A stretch of DNA of 64,000 nucleotides from NCBI GenBank assembly GCA_950097015.1, contig CATNEN010000039.1, positions 9,548,001 through 9,612,000 on the forward strand, in the 5' to 3' direction. The position numbers were made by a program, and so were the translations under genes. This DNA is from Macrostomum hystrix (lineage: Eukaryota > Animalia > Platyhelminthes). The notes under the pieces are model-generated. The model was not told the origin of the DNA. It saw only the letters and a program-made list of their open reading frames with translations, and ran no database searches. Shown in pieces: positions 49,601 to 58,289 of this stretch; position 1 is the first letter of the stretch; each line of letters begins with the position of its first letter.

Positions 49601-52600
49601 CCAAATAGCCGATCTCATGCCGCGTAGGCAGCTCATTGTTGAACTGCTGGCAGCTTCTGGAACAAGACTGCTCAGCATAGTGTTCAATGCCAGCTTTGGC
49701 AGCAACTGGTTCAGCAAACAAGCTATAATTAGTAGCGAGCCAGAACTCAACTTAAAAAACCTCGCCTTCAATCAATTCTCCGTGTCTTTCACTAGCCCGC
49801 AGTACAGTGTTGATAGAAGCTTCTATATTAGCGTGCAGCACAATGGCTGTTCTAATGACAAAGGCCTATTAGCAATTGTTGAGAACAACACCGAGGTCTG
49901 CGGTTGGGCCGCCCGATCGAATCCCGCTCCAGCAATACTTTATAATCTGGCACTGGCCGAATGGAGCAGCAACGCCAAACCTGCTGACTACTTTGTGCTG
50001 TCTGTTGCTTGAGCTGTGTAACACCTGTTACAGCTGTCTAACATCTTTGAAATTATCTAGCATCTGTCTAAAATCTATCAAGCATCTATCTGTCTAACAT
50101 TTATTAAGAATTCTAGCATCTATTTATGGGCGGTCGGAGGCAGAGTAGTCAACGCGTTTGCCTCTCGCACCAGGGTCCTAAGTTCGATTCCGCAGCGAGG
50201 CCACATTTATTTAGGGCGCAGCCGCATAGAGAAGGCTTGGGGGCTTTGAAATTTACGCCATTGAGGGCCAACCTCCAAGGCACAGTGAGAGTGTACACTA
50301 CTTGACAATGAGAAAGTCAGGGCAGATGTACACACCTTTGTGAGCGAGTGCCAGCGTACGGTATGCGTTGTGCTCAGGAGTCAGCGAAATGTGCAGAATT
50401 GCCTCCTCGCTGGCTGCTGGTCCAGTGTCACCAAATGATGTGCCATTGCCCGCAGCCCTCCTGCAATTATTATTGTTATTGTTATAATCAGTCTATGGAT
50501 CTTGACTCAATTATATCCGTATATTCTACTGTTACTGTTATATCTTTATCAGCCTGCGGAAAGTTGCTGATATTTTGTTATTTCTAGCTGTATAGCTGTA
50601 TATCTAGTTGGGCCGCTACTTTTTTAGCTCGTATATGTGGACAATAACGTCGACAAAGAAACTGACACTCTATATGTGCATGGCTGCTTTTAGGAAAAAT
50701 AACAAAAATACTACATTTTTATCTTATATCGTTAATCATTAAATCTATGAAAATAAAAGAAAAATTGTCGTTGCGCTGAGATTAACTTCATTTGTGGGCG
50801 CAGCCGCAGATCTGCGATCTACGTGACAGTAGAAAGATTACGTACCTACAATATTTCAAATACCCTCATTTTTCTTTTTACTATATCTCCCAAAATATTC
50901 AACCAATCGCCATCACTCATTACTATTATTAACCATAACAATATAGCTTTTACATATGTGCGAATATTTTTTAAGTGGTTGGCCTTCCTAAATCATATTT
51001 CCTTTCGTTGAATTTACTCAGCCGACTTGCAAGCCGAGCTGCGCGACAAAGACGCCCGCCTCAAGGATGTCACTCGCGAGCTCAACCAGTGCCAGCGCGA
51101 GATTCAACGCCTCAGCGATGACCTTCGCGATCGGGAGCGTCAGCTGTTCGAGCTGCAGGCCGAGATGGACAGGCGCAGCCGGGGCGATAACCGCGGCGCT
51201 GACCGCCGACTGCAGGAGAGAAACAGATAACTGGAAGAAGAGATGAGTGAGTGCATATTAGCGTGCATAATCGGCCACGTTTTGAGACGCATCGAGAATC
51301 TTCTCATAAGCAAGTAGAAGGAACCGCAGATAGAGTTAAAAACTGGAATTGCAGATAAATCGAAGCAGGAATCGCATGTAGAACCGAAGATAGAATCACA
51401 AATAGAATCGAAGCAGGAATCGTAGGTAGAATCGAAGCGAGAATCGCAGATATCTGCGCGGCTGCGCGATGAGCACGCCCGCTGCGGCCAGACCATTGCG
51501 GATCTGCGACGGTGAGCTGAATTTGCAAGGAAATCTGATTAGATCAGAAGCGGGAATCGCAGATAGAATCGAAGCAGGAATCGCAGGTAGAGTTGAAGCG
51601 AGAATCGCAGATACAGTGGAAGCGGGAATCGCAGATAGAATCGAAGCAGGAATCGCAGATAGAATCGAAGCAGGAATCGCAGACGGAATCGAAGCAGGAA
51701 TCGCAGGTAGAGTTGAAGCGAGAATCGCAGATACAGTGGAAGCGGGAATCGCAGATAGAATCGAAGCAGGAATCGCAGATAGAATCGAAGCAGGAATCGC
51801 AGGTAGAATCGCAAATAGAATCAAAGCTGGAATCGCAGATAAAATCGAAGCAGGAATCGCAGATAAAATCGAAGCAGGAATCGCAGATACAATCGAAGCA
51901 GGAATCGCAGATACAATCGTAGCAGGAATGGCAGATAGATTCGAAGCAGTAATCGCTGATAGAATCGAAGCAGGAATCGTTGATATGATGAAAGCAGGAA
52001 TCACAGATAGAATCGAAGCAGGTGCAATAGTCAGTCTTTGTACACGCGCAGGCCGCAACCGTCGCCTTCTACACGAGCGCGAGCACCGCATTCACCTGCT
52101 GGAGACTGAGTGCTTCCAAAGCCAGGTTGAAGAGATTGAACGCCTTCGCAAGGAGCTCGGCGCCCTCAGCGTCGGCGGCGGCGTCGGCTACCGAAAGGAA
52201 GATGCCAACACGCTGAACGAGATGCACAGCCTGAGAGCGGAGATTCTCGGCCTGAAGCGGGACATTCAACAGCGCGAAGACACCATCATGCGGCTGCAGC
52301 GGGAGTGCAACGAGCGACACAGCGGCGCTGGCGGCGCTGGCGGCATGGTCGGCCGGCCTTCGACCGACTTTGAGCGGCTGCGCGATGAGCACGCCCGCTG
52401 CGGCCAGACCATTGCGGATCTGCGACGGTGAGCTGAATTTGCAAGGAAATCTGATTAGATCATTCTCATTAGATCTCAAATTCTTGGGATAGTTCACTCA
52501 TGAGATCTCAGGTCCTTGGGATATTTCACTCATGAGATCTCAGATTCTTGGGATATTTCACTCATGAGATCTCAGTTCCTTGGGATATTTCACTATTGAG

Positions 52601-54025
52601 ATCTCAGTTCCTTGGGATATTTCACTCATGAGATCTCAGATTCTTGGGATATTTCACTAATGAGATCTCAGGTCCTTGGGATATTTTATTAACTGGAGGG
52701 AAAGACTTATAAGACATTGGTTCTAAAAATATCATATTGAGCTTTCTTAGAAACGTTTCCAAATATCCCCTATCAATCTGGATTCGGCCTAAAAAACAGT
52801 GAGTTAGATAAACGCGAGCGTGATCTGCGCAACCTGGAGCAGCAGCTGGACAGGCAGATGCTCGAGCTGCTGGAGTCCAAGGAGGAGGCCCTGATGTCGT
52901 CTGTGTGCGAAAAAGACGCCAATATCGCCCTGCTGGAGATCACCGTTCAGAGCAGGGGCGCTAATCCGCAGGTGCAAAATCAGATTCGAAGATTCACTGA
53001 CGACAAGCTGAAACTGCAGGCCCAGCTGCAACAGCTGGTGAGTTCATTTGGATAAAATACTTTTGAGGTATTTTTTCATTTTCCTTTTCTGGGATAAATT
53101 GGAGTTAAAACATCAAGGTGTATTATATAGGATCCTGGGGTATTAGAGATAGCCAGACTTTAAATAGAAATTACACCGCAAGTCGCAAGAATCGCAGATA
53201 GAATCGAAGCAGGAATCGCTAACGGAATCGAACTAGGAATCGTAGATAGAATCGAAGCAGGAATCGCTAACGGAATCGAACTAGGAATCGTAGATAGAAT
53301 CGAAGCAGGAATCGAACTAGGAATCGAACTAGGAATCGTAGATTGAATCGAAGCAAGAATAGCAGATAAAATCGAAGCAGAAGTCGCAGATAGAATCTAA
53401 GCTTGAATAGCAGATGAATCGAAGCAGGAATCGCAGATAGAATCGAAGCAGGAATCGCAGATAGAATCGAAGCAGGAATCGCTGATAGAATCGAAGCAGG
53501 AATCGCTAACGCGGCTAACGGAATCGAACTAGGAATCGTAGATTGAATCAAAGCAGGAATCGCTGATAGAATCGAAGCGGGAATGGCAGATATAATCGAA
53601 GCAGGAATCGCTTCTAGAATTGAAGTAAAAATCGAAGATAGATTCAAAGCAGGTTTCGCAGATAGAAGCAGGTGCAACAGCCAATTCGTACATACGCGGG
53701 CCGCATCCTGTGGGGATTTGTTAATTTAGGTATCTAAGCTCACTGTGCTCACAGTGTACATCATGAATGTACGAGTGTAAATTCCCACTTCGCCCCGAAG
53801 GCCAACTCCAAGATGAGGCTGAAGGAGCAGCAGCAGAAGCGGCTGAGCCAGGGCGCCAGCGGCGGCAGCGTCAGTGTCAGCGGCGCCGGGGCTGGCGGAA
53901 TGCTATTGAACAGCGGAGGCTACGGAGTGGGCCCACAGATGCCACAGCAGCCACAGCAGCAGCAGCAGCAACCGATGGCGGGCAAGCCGGCGTCCTACAT
54001 GGGCCAGGTCGGTTCATTGCGTTGA
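25640..54025 (+). CDS. ERC: ELKS/ERC/CAST family (Bruchpilot-like) active-zone coiled-coil protein, about 1800 codons, 18 exons: 25640-26049, 30414-30834, 31276-31546, 32263-32427, 34441-34992, 38241-38632, 39076-39519, 39938-40405, 43511-43627, 45689-45814, 45906-46034, 46458-46726, 47129-47483, 48105-48333, 51022-51246 (in-frame TAA at 51228-51230), 52052-52427, 52800-53037, 53801-54025 (or donor after 54007)
   Basis: Every junction is GT-AG and phase-compatible (total 5412 nt). ERC-family signatures: QQSDSSHHINVLKEQLKARD, LDLKERKVSVLQRKVENLE, IRELEKALKDSVRVTAERE, LLESKEEALMSSVCEKDANIALLE...ANSKMRL. Pro/Gly-rich N-terminus and extended heptads. Confidence 0.88.
26139..26960 (+). promoter_or_regulatory. 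Candidate internal promoter and short non-coding alternative first exon in ERC intron 1
   Basis: Two GCCAATCAGCG (CCAAT) boxes at about 26140 and 26200, TATATATAA at 26884-26892, a GAGA run, then a strong donor AAG|GTAAAT at 26955/26956. Confidence 0.35.
27050..27615. repeat. 30-bp minisatellite (CTGCTACCCCTTCCAGATCCCAGATTCCTA) plus a related 30-bp subarray, ERC intron 1
   Basis: Direct 30-bp periodicity. Confidence 0.95.
28270..30320. repeat. 31-bp minisatellite (AGCCACTCACAGACCTAGTGTGGTAGAGGCA), about 66 units, ending about 95 nt before ERC exon 2
   Basis: Direct 31-bp periodicity with no unique spacers. Confidence 0.97.
30890..31065 (+). mobile_element. tRNA-derived SINE, family B
   Basis: GGGATGGTTGCCTAGTAGTTAGGGCG (A-box-like) ... 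GGTTCGATTCCC (B-box), then GTACCAGCTTCTGCTGGGG core. No complete cloverleaf. Confidence 0.6.
31603..32090. repeat. (GAGT)n microsatellite with GTAAGT/GACT variants, ERC intron 3
   Basis: About 120 tetranucleotide units. Confidence 0.97.
32565..32880 (-). mobile_element. tRNA-derived SINE, family A, with (ATT)n tail
   Basis: (AAT)n at 32565-32587, followed by the reverse complement of the 50128-50485 body. Confidence 0.85.
33830..34402. repeat. 19-20-bp minisatellite TTTCCTCAGGGATCCCT(A/C)CG abutting the ERC exon 5 acceptor
   Basis: Direct periodicity; ends about 40 nt before the acceptor at 34440. Confidence 0.95.
35005..35665. repeat. 21-bp minisatellite (AGTGCCATTTTC...) grading into a 41-bp dimeric higher-order unit
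   Basis: The AGTGCCA core recurs every 20-21 bp; 41-bp period from about 35340. Confidence 0.9.
36380..37215. repeat. 30-31-bp minisatellite (GGGATATCATAGGAATAACATTCAAA...)
   Basis: Direct periodicity with two sub-variants along the array. Confidence 0.93.
38044..38201. repeat. 20-bp tandem repeat AGTGAACAGTCGAGTGAATC, about 8 units, before ERC exon 6
   Basis: Identical units. Confidence 0.95.
38688..39008. repeat. 16-bp minisatellite CCTCTCCATTTCTCA(G/C), ERC intron 6
   Basis: About 20 units. Confidence 0.95.
39590..39892. repeat. 21-bp minisatellite GACAGAATGGCACTGA(C/A)AGGA, ERC intron 7
   Basis: About 14 units. Confidence 0.95.
41272..43375. repeat. 22-25-bp minisatellite CAGAGAACCAATGTCCCCCA(AACAG/GGAG), ERC intron 8
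   Basis: About 2.1-kb array; ORFs in all six frames, typical of stop-free non-coding repeats. Confidence 0.96.
44170..45605. repeat. 45-bp minisatellite (TTGAGCAGCCTCATAATTCTTAAATCCCAGATCCTAGATCCCAGG), about 29 units plus a degenerate tail, ERC intron 9
   Basis: Direct 45-bp periodicity. Confidence 0.96.
46075..46350. repeat. Degenerate 11-14-bp TTATCGATTTG repeat, ERC intron 11
   Basis: Repeated ATCGAT palindrome. Confidence 0.85.
46750..47070. repeat. 20-bp minisatellite GACAGACATG(C/T)TAGACACCT, ERC intron 12
   Basis: Direct periodicity. Confidence 0.93.
47530..47952. repeat. Approximately 47-bp repeat with palindromic core GGGGTCAATTGACCCC, units in both orientations, ERC intron 13
   Basis: The core recurs about 8 times. 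The segment near 47685-47745 is inverted relative to the others. Confidence 0.85.
48431..48866 (-). mobile_element. tRNA-derived SINE, family A, interrupted by about 125 nt of unrelated sequence
   Basis: 48431-48646 is the reverse complement of 50270-50480. 48780-48866 matches the SINE head (GAGAGGCAAACGCG). Confidence 0.85.
49095..50012 (+). CDS. Intronless secreted protein (305 aa) nested in ERC intron 14 on the same strand; Cys-containing N-terminal module plus a C-terminal domain of a type seen in uncharacterised lophotrochozoan secreted proteins
   Basis: ACCATGG Kozak context; signal peptide MATATPLLLLLLLLLQCLSG; non-repetitive GC-rich ORF; C-terminal motif series FNA..SNWFSK...ISS...FNQFSV...RSFYI...GCSNDKG.L...CGW...PAILY. 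Confidence 0.8.
   Translation: MATATPLLLLLLLLLQCLSGETQSVSCDKIRPVSWNGLYIAKSNSEQLVSRTADVTACLIDAVIRQSAQAPEAVRLDESSGSCSRLGQPMFANYSQQPPAVRFYASSRFGQPRLVLLSAKAGSGVSVRLLYSTRAAGCGSEGFLLLWPGAAPQVSTYRSCWIDSLTELSQIADLMPRRQLIVELLAASGTRLLSIVFNASFGSNWFSKQAIISSEPELNLKNLAFNQFSVSFTSPQYSVDRSFYISVQHNGCSNDKGLLAIVENNTEVCGWAARSNPAPAILYNLALAEWSSNAKPADYFVLSVA
50128..50485 (+). mobile_element. tRNA-derived SINE, family A, apparently full length
   Basis: GGGCGGTCGGAGGCAGAGTAG (A-box) ... GTTCGATTCCGC (B-box), about 300-nt body, (ATT/GTT) tail. At least five further copies in the window. Confidence 0.88.
51325..52022. repeat. 24-bp minisatellite GCAGATAGAATCGAAGCAGGAATC, ERC intron 15, interrupted by a duplicated exon end at 51459-51545
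   Basis: Direct periodicity. Confidence 0.93.
52465..52686. repeat. 32-bp minisatellite GAGATCTCAGATTCTTGGGATATTTCACTCAT, ERC intron 16
   Basis: About 7 units. Confidence 0.92.
53185..53672. repeat. Second array of the 24-bp GCAGATAGAATCGAAGCAGGAATC family, ERC intron 17
   Basis: Same unit as 51325-52022. Confidence 0.92.
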
Positions 54026-55148
54026 TCTTCTTGACTCAATTGACTTCGAGAGTGCTGAGCAAGGCTTGAATTGTTTTATTGTCTTTTGTTCGAAAATAAT
54101 CACTTTTATAACAAATTTGTTATCTATTTGCTCTCTCACAAATCTAATCTCGAAATTGAAAAAGCGCGCTTTGTAAATACTACTTGCAGTAGTGCTCCAA
54201 CGTTAATGTTAATCTAGTCTAGTCATTTTTGTTTCTGCTAGTATTTAAGTAAAGTTTCCATTTTTCTGTCTTTTTATTATTCGACGAAATTTACTTTTTC
54301 CTTTTTAGTCCAGTTCTTGTTGTCCGTCTAGTCAGATTATTCTATTTACAACGCTTTTATCTTCACTTTGCTACTCACTGTGGTAACTGATAGTAGTGCA
54401 GTTTGTGCATGCTAAGATTTTTTCGCGATGACTTTTTAGATAACAAAATTATTTATTTTTGTTACAATAATTCTGGCTTTAAGCATTCACTGCACATGCA
54501 CATGGCACTTCATATTTATTACAGATAATAAGTTTTTATGATTCTAATCTACTTTATCAAAATCCTCTTATCTCTGAACTACCAACTTTTATATACTCGT
54601 AAGATGGCGTTTTTGCTTATTAATATGTTCGCTTCTGTGTTCTGCAACCCTTTATTATGGATGCTTTTTGTAATTAAAATAATAAATATTTATTTAACTA
54701 TTGTACTAGGGTTTATAGCATTAGTTGTTATAGTCTACGGAACTATTTTAATCGTCAATAAATCGTATATTACAGTTACTTGCACTTTAATTCATTGTTA
54801 TATTCTCTAGCTTTATTTTCTTTGTTGTACTTTTACTATGAACTTTTACAGGGACTTAGCTGTGTGAAAATGATTTTTTCTGCTGACCTATTCTTTAGTA
54901 ACTAAAAGTTTCAATTTTTAGGTTAAATTTTCATTGTTTATAATTCCTTCGATAACAATTTTCATTTTCGAGTTAGTTTTTGTTAACGATTTTAACAAAT
55001 GTATAATAAATAAGCTATCCGCGATTAGGAATCTAAAAAAATATGCTTTTTCTTCTACTTTAACATCAACCTGTGCATGGTCTCCGCGTACTTATTTGCT
55101 TTTTTATCATAAAGATAACTTTTATTGGCTCATTAAACAAAAAGAGAC

Positions 55149-56638
55149 GACCCACTAGACATTAAGTGTCCTTGACCCACTAGACATAAATAGTCCTTGA
55201 CCCACTAGACACAAATAGTCCTTGACCCACTAGACATAAAGAGTCCTTGACCCACTAGACACAAATAGTCCTTGACCCACTAGACATAAATAGTCCTTGA
55301 CCCACTAGACATAAATAGTCCTTGACCCACTAGACATTAAGTGTCCTTGACCCACTAGACACAAATAGTCCTTGACCCACTAGACACAAATAGTCCTTGA
55401 CCCACTAGACATTAAGTGTCCTTGACCCACTAGACACAAATAGTCCTTGACCCACTAGACACAAATAGTCCTTGACCCACTAGACATAAAGAGTCCTTGA
55501 CCCACTAGACACAAATAGTCCTTGACCCACTAGACACAAAGAGTCTTTGACCCACTGACCATAAAGTGTCCCTGACCCACTAGACACAAATAGTTCTTGA
55601 CCCACTAGACATAAAGAGTCCTTGACCCACTAGACATAAAGAGTCCTTGACCCACTAGACACAAAAAGTCCTTGACCCACTAGACATAAAGTGTCCCTGA
55701 CCCACCGACCATAAAGTGTCCTTGACCCACTAGACACAAATAGTCCTTGACCCACTAGACATAAAGAGTCCTTGACCCACTAGACATTAAGTGTCCTTGA
55801 CCCACTAGACACAAATAGTCCTTGACCCACTAGACATAAAGAGTCCTTGACCCACTAGACACAAATAGTCCTTGACCCACTAGACATAAAGAGTCCTTGA
55901 CCCACTAGACATAAATAGTCCTTGACCCACTAGACATAAACGTGTTCTGGACCCACTAGACATAAAGAGTCCTTGACCAACTAGACATAAAGAGTCCTTG
56001 ACCCACTAGACATTAAGTGTCCTTGACCCACTAGACACAAATAGTCCTTGACCCACTAGACATAAAGAGTCCTTGACCCACTAGACATAAACGTGTTCTG
56101 GACCCACTAGACATAAAGAGTCCTTGACCCACTAGACACAAATAGTCCTTGACCCACTAGACATAAAGAGTCCTTGACCCACTAGACATAAATAGTCCTT
56201 GACCCACTAGACATAAACGTGTTCTGGACCCACTAGACATAAAGAGTCCTTGACCAACTAGACATAAAGAGTCCTTGACCCACTAGACATTAAGTGTCCT
56301 TGACCCACTAGACACAAATAGTCCTTGACCCACTAGACATAAAGAGTCCTTGACCCACTAGACATAAACGTGTTCTGGACCCACTAGACATAAAGAGTCC
56401 TTGACCCACTAGACACAAATAGTCCTTGACCCACTAGACATAAAGAGTCCTTGACCCACTAGACATAAAGAGTCCTTGACCCACTAGACACAAATAGTCC
56501 TTGACCCACTAGACATAAAGAGTCCTTGACCCACTAGACATAAAGAGTCCTTGACCCACTAGACATAAAGAGTCCTTGACCCACTAGACATAAAGAGTCC
56601 TTGACCCACTAGACATAAAGGTGCTCTTGACACACTAG
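55149..56638. repeat. 25-bp minisatellite GACCCACTAGACATAAAGAGTCCTT, about 59 units
   Basis: Direct periodicity; ends about 80 nt before the acceptor at 56720. Confidence 0.97.
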
Positions 56639-56796
56639 AAGTTGTGTACTACTTTTCAAGTAAACGAGCCAGCTTCTAAGCTCGCATATCAGCAGTTTGA
56701 TTTCGCGTTTTGAATTTCAGCCCGCAGCCAATCGCAGCCCCCAGCCAATCGCTAATCCGAGGCCAACCGTCCTGCGCACCGCTTGACCCTGTGATA

Positions 56797-57453
56797 ATGT
56801 GGCTGCTCTGGCTATTAGGCTGGGCCGCTTACGCACTCTACGCCCTCGCTTTTCTATTCTGCTTCGCTGTTGGACTGTACTACCTGGCCGAACTGGTCGA
56901 AGAGTACACAGTCTTCACCTGCAAGCTCATTCGCTGGATCATTGTAGCCACACTAATATTGCACGGCGCTCTGCTTCTACTAGAAGACACCTGGTGGAGC
57001 CTGATTGGCGTGGGCACTCTGGCGCACATTCTCTACGCCAGCCTGCTGAAAACCTACCCGGACTTTCAGTTCACCTCCCCCAGTTTCATCCTGTCTGCCG
57101 TGCTCCTATTGGCTCATCACTATCTGGCTTTCTCCTACTTCGCCGACGCCTTCCGGCCCTTCCTGGAGGTCCTGGCCTTCTTCACCTTCCTAGTCTGGCC
57201 GACTCCGTTCCTGCTGGTGATCTCGCTCAGCGCCAATGAGCTGGTGCTGCCTCAGACTGAGGAGCGGTCTCGCCTGGTTAGTAGTCAGCAGCAGCAGCGC
57301 CCGATCAATGTACTGTACGCTGATTCCGATTCGTCATCGCACTTTGTCAGCGCCTATTTGAAGGGCCGACGTCGGGGTCTGTTGTACTTTCTAAATAACC
57401 TGCGGGATAGCCTAGTGCCCAACATTGGCTGGAAGTCAAAGAAGGGCTACTAG
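56797..57453 (+). CDS. TEX261: TEX261 / Svp26-family multi-pass ER-Golgi cargo adaptor, intronless CDS (218 aa)
   Basis: MWLLWLLGW...AVGLYYLAELVEEYTV...FTSPSFILSAVLLLAHHYLAFSYF...EVLAFFTFLVWPTPFLLVISLSANELVLP matches the TEX261 family pattern from its first Met. The ORF-track start at 56710 is a TTG that lies upstream of a splice acceptor. Confidence 0.93.
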   Translation: MWLLWLLGWAAYALYALAFLFCFAVGLYYLAELVEEYTVFTCKLIRWIIVATLILHGALLLLEDTWWSLIGVGTLAHILYASLLKTYPDFQFTSPSFILSAVLLLAHHYLAFSYFADAFRPFLEVLAFFTFLVWPTPFLLVISLSANELVLPQTEERSRLVSSQQQQRPINVLYADSDSSSHFVSAYLKGRRRGLLYFLNNLRDSLVPNIGWKSKKGY

Positions 57454-58289
57454 TTCAACTGGAACAAGCCAGCTCTACCCCGGTAGCTCCATGCTAAACT
57501 GCTTTTTAATGCTCGATGTAAGAGTAAAGATACTCTACTTGGCCCATGTAGCTTCGGTGTTGAAACTCTGCTCTATTTCAGTTCCCTATTTGTCTGTGTA
57601 CATGCTTTGAATCTGCTGGTGTCACAGTTGGACTGTTAACGACAAAAATACCTGGAAGCTTTGCAAAAAATTTCTTTATCAGTAGGAAGACCGTGTTATT
57701 CCCCCCTGGGGAGAAGACCATGGGGATATTTCAAATACCCACTGCCTACTTCACGATAGCACCCAATCTGAATGACCGATTTTCGTGATATTCCACCAAA
57801 TGGATCAACATTTTCCGCCATTTACGATCGTCGAGATATTCAGCGACACTTGTCGGATGCCCTGGTGACAATGACTTCTATGGCGAATCCATATTGGTTC
57901 AAAAAAATTAACAATTTAATTTAAAAAAATAGGTTTTTGGCACCAAACACACCGACAGGAATTACGAGACGAAGCTAATTAAAAATATTAATGTCGGCGT
58001 TTGATGCATTACTGGGGTACGACTTATCGATTTTGCTTCTGGCTGTACTGGCTGTTCATTGTAAAATAGTGTTTGCTGATTATAATTTTAAACTCATTTT
58101 TATCAATACTGTGTTGCGTTTCTACATAATTTGGGGTTCACGATCATTATTTAGCGAATAAAATATCCTGAGCAGTTATATAATTCAACTGAGCAGGCAT
58201 AGTGCCTTTCGACTCATCTCACAATTAATAAACTCATGCAAAGCTGATAAATTGAGTCCATTTTCACTAATTATTCTATTTATAAATAG

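Noticed and set aside
50128-50200. tRNA gene candidates (also 30890-30960 and 31120-31190)
   Set aside because: A/B boxes are present but there is no convincing cloverleaf. The first two continue into SINE bodies; the third is too degenerate to call.
55149-56638. 25-bp repeat with a variable middle as a possible CRISPR-like array
   Set aside because: The variable part is only a few recurring 6-8-nt variants, not unique spacers.
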